A stretch of DNA of 33,607 bases, from NCBI GenBank assembly GCA_001179505.1, contig CDMY01000669.1, forward strand, positions 1 through 33,607, given 5' to 3'. The notes under the pieces are model-generated. The model was not told the DNA's origin and searched no databases. It saw only the letters and a list, made by a program, of their open reading frames with translations. Position numbers and translations under genes: made by a program. This document shows, piece by piece, positions 13,011-22,865 of this stretch (positions are counted from its first letter, which is position 1; each line of letters starts with the position of its first letter). Origin of the DNA: Vitrella brassicaformis CCMP3155 (lineage: Eukaryota > Protista > Chromerida).

Positions 13011-13967
13011 GGCGTAAGGGTGTGCGGTCGGGTGCGTGGATGGATGCGTGGATGGATGTATCGATGCGTGCAGGTGCCACAGCGCTCATGGTGGTCAACA
13101 TCCTGTGGTGTGTGGTGACATTGGGGTTCTTCATGGCCTCCCTCGGCGGGCCGCGCGTCGCACAAATCACGCTGGGGACGGCAGCACTCATGGTATGTAT
13201 GTATACATATACACTACATACACATTATATTTACACATATGCATATACATATACGCATGTATCGACAACTGATACCGATCCCCTGGTCCACCTGCAGTTT
13301 GCTTTCGGGGCTGGTTCGCGATTCATGGTCCCTCTCAAGTACGTGTCGGCCATGTTTGGCATGTGCTCAAGTGAGTGCGACAAAAAAGAGAGAAAGAGAG
13401 AAAGAGAGAGAGAGAGAGAGAGAGCTGCAGCCTTACCTTCCAGCCTCGCATGTGTGTAGGTGTGTCGGCGTGTTACAACGCCATGGGTCTGCTGACGATG
13501 GAGGCATACCCCAACCTCTTCCTGCCAGGTCCATCCATGTCTCCCTGTGTTTCACTCACTCGCAACCGTGTTCGTTCATCTACCCATTTTTGGTGTACGC
13601 ACGTGTTGCAATGCCTGCAGGCTTCACACCGTGGAACTGCGAATGTTGCCGCAGGCGCCGCAAGCGCTCGACGCCAGGCCCTGCGAGCTCCGTCCCGCTG
13701 TCGGATCTCGGCGCCCGCTCCCCCCGCCGCAAGTCGCCCAGTGGTGGTGGGCCGGACTCGGGCTTCCCAAGTCCGAGCGACGAGTGCGGCTCCCCGATAG
13801 TCAACAAGAATGACGCGGCGTTGTCGCCCTCGTCGAGGAAAATTGCTGGTGTCAGCAGTCAGGGGCGGCAGGTGGTGGAGGAAATGCGGCACAGGGCCAC
13901 CCTCGGCAGCATCGGGAGTCCCATGTCAGCCGGCAGCGCCAGATCGATCGCTTACAAGGCCGAATGA
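11330..13967 (+). CDS. GPR1/FUN34/YaaH (SatP/Ady2-like) acetate / monocarboxylate transporter with long low-complexity N- and C-terminal tails
   Basis: GNPAAMGSLAFSLSVALNS matches the family ANPAPLGL motif, GMGQLLTGMW matches GGLxQLLAGMW, and GNGFGGVVQSSYGLRNISLG matches GNTFGATAFSSYGAFWLS. Further hydrophobic exons lie at about 13074-13195, 13288-13370 and 13460-13530. Stop after AYKAE at 13967. Intron 1 (GTAACG..CAG, about 11409-11469) restores frame from ATG 11330. Confidence 0.85.
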
Positions 13968-14251
13968 CGGATGGCTGGCTGGATGGAAGGATGGATGGAG
14001 ACGGGAGGCCATTGCTCATATCTGCATGCACGCCTTATTTGTGTTGCTATTGGCTTCGGTGATGACTGACGGCCGAGTGCATACGTCCGTACATTCACGC
14101 AGAGAGAGAGAGAGAGAGAGGCAGCCAAAGAGAGCAGAGAGAGGAGGAGGGAATTCTGTCGCTCACATGGGTTTGTTGTGCCGCATTGGTGTCTGGGCAC
14201 CCGTACGTACGAGAGATGGTTTGCTGTCTGTCTGCCTCTCTCTGTCTCTCG

Positions 14252-14282
<31 letters not shown>

Positions 14283-15076
14283 TTGTGGGTGCTGAAAGGC
14301 AGATAGGCCGGTCATGGGTGTCATGGGTGCATTCATTGGGCATTTAGCCTTCTTTCTAGGTTTGAGGGTCGCTTTGTATCTTGAGAGGTGCTAGATGGTA
14401 GATGTTCTGAAGTTGCTTGCAAGCTTAGCCCTGCCCGAGACACACCCCATACAATCATGGCCCGTGAGACACCCGTGAATCAATGCGTGGATGTGCTCAC
14501 ATCGAAGTGTTTGTTGCGTCAACACACACACCAATGAAGCCTCATCGTCAGGTCATCCACCCATCTACACGGTGTGGCACGCACACGGTCGACACCACGC
14601 CACATCACATTCATCCATCTATGGAGGCAGCGTTTGCACGTGACGACTATGTATCTATCTACTGTGCAGCAGGCCCGAACAGCCGCGTCTCTCAGCAAAC
14701 CACCCCGCACTCTATCTAGCCCGACCGGTCTCTACCTGCTGAGACGCCTGCTGCTCCCTCGGTCACTGCCAAATCGCCTCCCTCTCTCTCTGCAGCTAGT
14801 ACGGCATGTGTGAGTGGCGGGGCAACATGACGGGTAGGTCAGGGCCTGTGATGTCGACATGCCAGTGGCCCCTGGCAGCAGCGGGGCCGGGTGGGGGCAA
14901 TCACCTGTTGCAGGCAGAAACCAGACAAACAGCCACACACACACATAGGCAAGGGAGGGAGACACGTGCATAACATTGTGTGTGGATGGTTGACGCGACG
15001 TGCGTGGGCATGGACGGGATGGGTGCCAGGGGTTACCTCGTAAGGTAAAGGTGCCATGACCCCACCATGCTCTGAG

Positions 15077-15930
15077 TCATTTGGGAGGCAGCCAGACGAT
15101 GATCTCGCAGCAACTCGGGATGGGATAGGCCTCCAACCCTGACTTGCCCAACTCAGCCTTCAGACCAGACCAATTGGACCAGACGTACACACACACACGC
15201 ACACAGGTGTCGAGTGTGTCGAGCTGCTGCCCGTGTGTCTGTGTGCCGTGCCGTGCCTGGAGGTGGTTGAAGTGTCTGATGAGGACCTTGATGCAGCCGG
15301 CCTTCAGGCGCTCGGCGCCATAGACATGCGCCATCCTGTGGGTGTGTCACGATACGAACACATTGGTGCAGTGCAGTGCCCGCCACACCCTGGCACCTCA
15401 CCTGCCTGACCGGTAGAACTGCCCTGCCCACCTCATGTGTAGGATAACGTTGTCCACCTCCACGCGCTTCATGACGTACTTCTCAAACAAACGCGTCAAA
15501 CGATCCATCCCGTACTCGTGAGACCACTGCATACCCATGCCCATTCTCCCTCTGTGTGTGCGTGTGTTCGCCTCGCCCACTCTTAACCTGCCCAGCTGTA
15601 CCTTGAGCAGTGGCTCAACGGTGTCCTGGTCTACGATGCACCTGTCGCTGTAGAGGAAACACAAAAACGCCGCGAAAGCCATGGGCGTCACACCCTCGTC
15701 GGCCATCGGCTATCGGCGTGGCCGGCGGAGGAATGACCAGATCTTCTCCTCGCCGTTGGCGAAGACGTCGTGGTACGGATGTGGCTGGTCCCCCTCTTTC
15801 GCTTGAGGAAGTCCTTGCTCGGGCGCTTCTCGGTCTTGGTGTAGAGGAGGCGGAACCGCCGCACGTCGGCTGACGTGCCGGTGGATGTGCCGCGTGCTGG
15901 TATGGGGTCTGTGGGGCTGGCTGGGCGTTC
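15077..15930 (-). pseudogene. BTB/POZ domain gene, apparently disrupted by a frameshift and an in-frame stop upstream of the BTB C-terminal half
   Basis: Exons encode MADEGVTPMAFAAFLCFLYSDRCIVDQDTVEPLLK, WSHEYGMDRLTRLFEKYVMKRVEVDNVILHM and MAHVYGAERLKAGCIKVLIRHFNHLQ, which are typical of the BTB C-half and the following helices. Upstream GC3-rich coding-like sequence is broken by a frame change near 15790 and a TAG at 15710-15712. Confidence 0.6.
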
Positions 15931-16059
15931 ATGTTCAAGTAAATGAAGCGATGGCAACAGCCACCACAACGACAGGACGACACCACACCTACACCTACAT
16001 CTACATCTACACCAACACCACACACAGCACACACAGCACAACACAATGAGTGAGGGCTC

Positions 16060-16091
<32 letters not shown>

Positions 16092-16958
16092 ATACATATG
16101 TGAATGTGTCTGTACATATACGGATATGGATGCCGTGTGTGGCCTCGTGTGTGTACCTCAGATGATAGTGCCTTTGATGGTCTCAATCATGCTGTACAAG
16201 GAGGCCGGCAGCATCCACAAATCGCTGAGAAAACGGCCAACAATCGCCTTGAGGAGGGGATGGAGGAAGAGAAGACAGTGAAAAGTATGCGTGTATGTGT
16301 CGTAGGTCACCGTGTAGTGCATTGAGTGGGCTCTCTCGTGGTGCCGGAGGGAGCTGGGCGGGAGCTGCAGTTGTCGCGACAAACACGGGTAAGTGAAATC
16401 TGCCCACACGGAAAAGGGAAAAATGGGTGAGATGAGATGTCAGATATCGGTGGTTTGTGTGTGCCACCTGATAGGGCGTGTCGAGAGGTGTACCTGGTGT
16501 GGTTGTGACGGGCCGGCGGGCTTGGGTCGCTGTACAAGAGGGGGTGAAGTTATCGGCAGACGCAGGTGGGGTGCTGCAGGGTGAGGGAGAGGGAGGGAGG
16601 GGTCGATAGCTAGAGATGGATGAACGAGAGCATCATCCCGGTCGATGTGGCTGTCTCAGCGAGGGCTCATTCGTCGTGGTTGAGGCGGAATGGCCGTCGT
16701 TTTTTTTGGACGATCAGATCTCGAGATCTTGAACTCGTGCGGACAAGGTGCGAACCGCATGTTGTTCAGGACACTCTCATGGTCGTGCTGGTGTCGGATT
16801 GATCCCTCTTAGACTAGGGTTCATGGCGAGTTGAAGTCCCCAGGAATCTCGACGGGGACGTTGTTCGGGGCTGATCTTTTGTGCGTGTGCAGCGCTCGCC
16901 AGCCCGGTCGTGCTGCACCCACAACCATAGGGCCGCACGTGACCCCCAAAACCACCTT

Positions 16959-17152
16959 GTCCCCTCCCCGGTGGTCGTTGATTTTGCCGACGACGAGGTG
17001 CGCCCAATGTCGGCGACTTAGAACTACACACCTCGGTCAGATTTCGCCGTGGGGTTAGCCAACCCTAAACCCTAAGCCCTAAACCCTAAAATAAACCCCC
17101 AAATTTTAACCCTATCACCCTAAAAACCCTGGAGTTCAACACATCTTGACTG
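16959..17152. repeat. Dispersed ~195 bp element, copy 1: GC-rich paired segment plus degenerate telomere-like (AACCCTA)n tract
   Basis: Near-identical to 30376-30574 apart from a few substitutions and small indels. Contains AACCCTAAACCCTAAGCCCTAAACCCTA at 17061-17088 and further CCCTA / AACCCT units to about 17130. Confidence 0.9.
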
Positions 17153-18231
17153 GGAATTGGCATGTCACCGTACCAGGGCCAAAAAGATGTCTGTTTGGCG
17201 GCGCCGATACGTACACGCAGGCAGCCAGAGCACCACGTAGTCATGCAAGGAGAGATCCAAGCATCGGCCGCACACACATGGATGTTTGCTGTTGGATGGT
17301 TGCTATCGGTGTGGGTGAGGCCACATCAGCAGATCTCTCAGGCAGGTGTTCAGGACAGCAGAAGGGATGGAAGGTGGGCACTTAATTGTAAGAGAAAGAA
17401 GCAGAGCAGGACGGAAAAAGACGTGTGTTTGGCTGTCTACAGACATAGACATGCAAACAGCAGCGGGAGCACGATGCAATCACGTAAGGGAGAGGAGAGA
17501 TCAAAGCATCAGCACAGTTGTGTGGCCTGTTCACATGTAGTAGTCGCGCCCCTTCATACACCAGACCACTATGTTGCCGCTGGACTCCCTGTTCAATTCG
17601 CGGCACCGCGTGCAATGTGCGGCCACCGCTGCCCGGAGGTGTGCTTCTTTCGCATCTTCTGTCTGTGCCAGTGGCAGTGCAGGTGGCAGCCTCACTCTCG
17701 GGGACAGGTACGGAATCATGTATCGTGCGGACGCATACGGAGCGAACGCAGACACAAAGGACCTCCTGCATCACACATGTGGACACGTGTATGCGGACAT
17801 ATATATGTATGTCAGGGATACCTATATGGACGTGATGGTCGACTGGCTCGGGCGAGTGTGCGGTCAGTACACGCGGCTGTATATGTGGATGGCTGCACAG
17901 TGCTGTAAGTCAACAAGGAAGAACGTGTGAATGTGTGTGTGTTTTGTGTTCAGCCATATCCAACCTGAAGATCGGTGTGCCGTCAGGATAGCTGCCCACT
18001 CGGACTGGCTCGTCTACCAGCATCTCGCCGCCTCGTGACCGCAGCCCAAAGGATCCACCGCTCAGCGCCACGAGGGCTCACAGTCGATCCGATTCACAGT
18101 CACGAAAAGCCTTTCATGCGTCATACTGACCATATGGGCTGAGTGTGAGTTGACGCGCATGCGGCGAGCGATGCACATGGAGTGGCGGCCTCTGCGTTGG
18201 GTTTCTGCATGACAGCAGCCAATCAATCTCC

Positions 18232-18266
<35 letters not shown>

Positions 18267-18384
18267 TGCTGTAGGCGTGCGAAGGAAATCGTCGCAGGCG
18301 TCGTCCATGCGCTGCGCAAGGGAATTATCGTCTCTCTCTGTTGTAGCATAGGATAAAAGGGCATCTAGGCGTGTTTGTGGATGA

Positions 18385-18648
18385 GTGAGAAGGCTAGGAT
18401 ATGTATTTGTCGAGTACGCACCGACCTTGTGCATGTCGTGTATGCCGTATATCCGTTGGCAAGCATGTTCTCAGTGTCCTCTGTCCGATCACGATTTCTT
18501 GAAATTGTCGGCCCAAGAAAGTCAGCACATGCACCACATGTGGCCACACGGCTGCGACACCGTTTTAAGCACACGTCCACACTGCCGTCAGGCCATTTTT
18601 GACCAACAGAGTCTACTCGGCCATCCATTGGTAGCCGTAGGACTGTAG
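18385..18648 (+). pseudogene. Possible decayed RING-finger fragment
   Basis: CSQC...HMHHMWPHGCDTVLSTRPHCRQAIF resembles a RING C-terminus. A single CGT to TGT change would give CPHCRQAI. Several metal ligands are missing and no exon structure is evident. Confidence 0.22.
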
Positions 18649-19718
18649 TGATCAGCCGGCCCCACACCCCCAGAGGGGTGTGGCGGCCAGCTGCATATCT
18701 TCTGTACCTCATTCACGTCTCCACCACTTTCTTAGTTCGTCCGACGTGTGTCAGCGTTGTGTGTTCGTCCCGCTGTGTTCGTTCCGTTGTGTGTCTCTAT
18801 GCCCCTGCTGCTGTCCCTGCTGATTTCTCTTTTTGGTGCATGTCTGGCTGTAGGCCTCTGTTCTGTGCTGTGCTGCCTTGTCTTTTTCCGACCTCTATAC
18901 GCGCGTGACATGGCATCTCCCCAAGGGAGAGCACCCAGCCGGTGTGCAACCTGACTGTCTATGTGCTGCACGCTTGCTGTGCGTCAATTTTCATGCACAC
19001 ATTGACTTGTCTAAGCCTGCGCCACGCCAGCTTGACGCCATCCCATTTAAACCCTTTTTCCTACTCGAATTCTCTCCTAGCTCAAGTGTACTCAAGTGCC
19101 CTCCCTCACTGGGCCCCATGCATATGATGAGACCCCCGACCCTCGGTCATACAGACGCACGAGTGAGTGAACTACGCAGAGCTGACGCGCAGTATGGGTG
19201 TGAGTGGCCGCACGACTCACCGCAGATGGCCTGCAATGGGAAAAATCTCGCGACAGGGAGATCTGCAAGCTTAGCCAAAGGGAATGGGACTTTCCCCCCC
19301 ACCCCGTGCGTGGTTGTTAGACGGGCGTGTTTGTGTGTGACTGGGCGATCTGCACTGGCTGGCCACCTGGGGATGGGCGGTATCTACGTATGGAGTCATG
19401 GTGCAGCACGCACGCGCGCACGCCGCCTTCAAGCTGCTGCTGAGGTGGCGCGTGTGCAACGTTGTGTGCCTGCCCGTATGTTGCCGTCGTTCGCAGCGCA
19501 TTGCATATCCTCCTGTTTGCTGCATCTGCCCTCTGCGTGTTGCGTGTCTGTGTTGCGTGTCGGGTGCGTGTTTTCATGTTGGACAGACCGACAGGGGACT
19601 TGGCCGTCAGGCCGCCTAGGGTGCTCCCTGAAACCGCTGCTGCAGGGAATGGGACTTTCTGCAGATCTGCTGATGAGAGGTGCGTTCGCTCATCGTATCG
19701 CGGCAGAAGCATCTGCAG

Positions 19719-22700
19719 ATGATGAGCGTGTTTCCGCATCCGATAATGATTCTTCCGCCCGTCGTCCTTGTTGCCCTCTGCTCATCGCTCGTGGCGTCCT
19801 CGCCCCTTCGGCGTACGCTCCAGGCCGCCAATCAGACGGCTGCATCCCCTCCCCTCCCTCCGGGCAGGCGTGACCCCACGCGGCTGAAGCTCCTGCAACG
19901 CTCTCGCGTCTTCCGCCCTGCTGACGAGGTGGACGCGGAGACCGATGAAATGCTGTATGGCGACAACATTCTTCCCTACACCGAAATGGAGGAGCTGGAG
20001 CGGTGTGATTCGTGTCAGGAGGATGCGGCGGCTCTGTTCGACTGGTCCTACGAGGCCGGATTGGTGGACAACGAGACAGAGTCCATCTTTGAGGACAACC
20101 TATGCGTGGTGTCCTTCATCACATGTGTGCGGCTGAGTGAGGCGCTGGCCGACGGCGGACCGCGGAAGGGCTACATCATCGATTTGAGTGGGGATGCCGA
20201 TGATATGGAGATATCGGATGTGCCGCTGATCGTGCAGCAGCGAGGCTGGAAACCTTTCGTCTTTTCGGATGTGTTCTATCGGCTCCGTCACATTATTTGC
20301 TTCTCAGCCTATCAGCTGCCTATGCAGGGAAGCTTGGGCGACGAGATCGCGAAAGTGACATCTCTTCGCGCTATCTTCCTGTCTATAGTGGTGAGCTAGA
20401 TCTACTGATGCGCACATTAACTTACGCACATTCTTGTTGTAATGCTGTTTATCATGTCAGGACGGCATGAATGGGCCCCTCCCAACTACAATTGGCGAGC
20501 TGCCTTACCTGAAGGGCCTGTACATACTGCTTTCATCATTCAGCGGTCCCATCCCATCCTCCCTCACGAACCTCTCGCGCCTCGAAGCTCTTGTGCTTGC
20601 GAGGACAGACCTCTCAGGACCCATCCCTCAAGACATCGGCAGACTCCACCGGCTGCGGATCCTGGAGATCTGGAGCAACAAGCGGATGGAGGGGCCCTTC
20701 CCGGCCAGTGTGACATCTTGCCGCAACCTGAGGCGAATGGCCCTCGATGAGACCGGCTTGGTGGGCTCTCTGCCTGTCGATCTGGGTACCCTGTCCCGCT
20801 TGGATGATTTGCGGCTGGCGAACAATTCGCTGAGTGGGGAGCTGCCCCGGTCACTGGTGCAGCTGAGACGGTTGCGAGTACTCAATCTGTCCAACAACCG
20901 TTTCAGTGGCCCGTTGCCGGAGGGGCTGGAGAGCAAGATGAACAGCCTACAATATCTAGAAGGGGTACATACCGACACACACTCACACCGACACACACGG
21001 ACATCAACGACTGAGTCCATATATACGATCTCCCTCTCCATGGATGTCTGCGTAGTTGTCGGGTCCCTTGCCGATTGAGTTGGGTGGCTGGAAGTCCATG
21101 GAGGTCCTTGATCTGGAAAACAATAACTTCAGCGGCCCCATACCAGCAGAGCTGGGACAACTGTCTCAGCTACGACTTCTGAACCTCGGAAACAACACGG
21201 TAGATACCGACACACACTCATACCGACACGCGGACACCGTTGACTGAATCCATACATATGATCTCCCTCTCCATGGATGTCTGTCTGTGTAGTTGTCGGG
21301 TCCCATACCAGCAGAGCTGGGACAACTGTCTAAGCTACGACAACTGAACCTCGCAGACAACAGGGTAGATACCGACGCACACTCATACCGACGCACGGAC
21401 ATCAATGACTGAATCCATACATAGGATCTCCCTCTCCATGGATGTCTGTGTAGTTGTCGGGTCCCCTGCCGATTGAGTTGGGTGGCTGGAAGTCCATGGA
21501 GTTCCTTGATCTGTACAACACTAACTTCAGCACCCATACCAGCAGAGCTGGGACAGCTGTCTAAGCTACGGAAACTGGACCTCGCAAACAACAGGGTAGA
21601 TACCGACACACGCTCATCCCGACACAAGGACATACATCAATAACTGAATCCATACATATGATCTCCCTCTCCATGGATGTCTGTCTGTGTAGTTGTCGGG
21701 TCCCCTGCCGATTGAGTTGGGTGGCTGCAAGTCCATGGAGGTCCTTGATCTGTACAACAACAACTTCAGCGGCTCCCTAGAGCCGCTCAGCAACTTGACG
21801 TCGCTTATAGACCTGTTCGTGTCCAACAACTCGGTGAGCTAAAGGGGGGGAAGGCGATGGGGCCGGCAAATCTGTGTGTGTGTACGCGTATGTGCTGTGC
21901 TTCCGTGTCATGTCAGTTTGAGGGTTATCTGCCCCTCGGTTCCCACAGTTTCCCGAATCTCACCACCATCGAAGCAGCCAACAATCGGTGCGCACGCAAC
22001 ACCCACGCAAACACTTTTCATGTATGCTGCATCGGTCGTCAGGCTGACTGCCATGCTGGACCGCCCCTCCGGTGGCCCGGCGTACCCGAACGTTCGTTAT
22101 CTGGACCTCGCCTCCAATCGTCTTAACACGTCCATCGACCTGACGTTGTTCCCCAACCTCGTGGAGGCCAGTTTCAGGAACAATCGCATCCCGGGATTCA
22201 TCGGCAACGGATCCATGCCCAAATCGTAAGCGACATATAGAGAGACGAAGACATAGTGACGGGTGTTTGCCTGTCAGGTTGTGGTACTTGAGTTTGGCGG
22301 ACAACCTGCTGACTGCCCTGCCGGAGGGCTTCCGCTCCATGCCGAATCTACTGTCGCTGAATCTCGCCAACAATCGCATCAGCCAGTGGCCCACATGGGG
22401 GTCGACACCACCAGGATTATGCAAGTGGGATTCTCTCAGTAAGTTCTTGGAATACACAGGCGAGCAGGCGGTCGTGTTCTCTCTGTGACGATGCGGTAGG
22501 CTTGGATATTGTGAAGGATGATCCCCCGCCCGACTGGGGCAGCCTAACCGTCCTGGACGTCTCCAACAATCCCATCAACACAGACGTGACCGCATTCCTA
22601 ATGCCCCTCAAATGGCAGAGAAGGTAAGAAGATATACACACGCATTAATACACAGACATGACATGTGTGATCGCTGGAATGCATCTGTGTGATCTCCTCG

Positions 22701-22826
22701 TGTGCGTCAGTTTGATGGAGCTGGATGCATCGAACTGCAGCCTTTACGGCCCCGTGAATTGCGAGGCTTTCACGGCATTCGAGGTTTTCATGGACCAAGG
22801 CATATCGGTAGCCACACGCATACACA

Positions 22827-22865
<39 letters not shown>

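Noticed and set aside
16140-16560. Minus-strand exons as the missing BTB N-terminal half
   Set aside because: Splice signals look real, but the last segment has stops in all three frames before its donor and no convincing BTB motif. It may be UTR or a relic.
16777-17031. ORFs sharing GAPRRRQNQRPPG (also 30236-30427)
   Set aside because: The shared peptide is simply the repeated element read on the minus strand, and indels between the copies do not preserve a common frame.
16986-17035. HDV-like or hammerhead ribozyme
   Set aside because: P1/P2 order resembles HDV, but only 7 nt are available for P3+L3 (about 13 needed) and there is no clear P4. No CUGANGA...GAAA hammerhead core is present.
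16959-17152. Element as the authentic telomerase RNA gene
   Set aside because: It occurs twice within 14 kb, has about six degenerate repeats rather than one template of about 1.5 repeats, and the pseudoknot-like part lies 5' of the repeats. Not formally excluded as a derivative.
17160-18120. Possible small spliced gene (MLPLDSLFNSRHRV... / HIQPEDRCAVRIAAHSDWLVYQHLAAS)
   Set aside because: Splice-like signals exist, but the product is short, lacks codon bias and has no recognisable motif.
20965-21700. CRISPR-like repeat-spacer array
   Set aside because: The repeats are GT-AG introns of about 90 nt and the spacers are mutually similar LRR exons. The context is eukaryotic and no cas genes are present.
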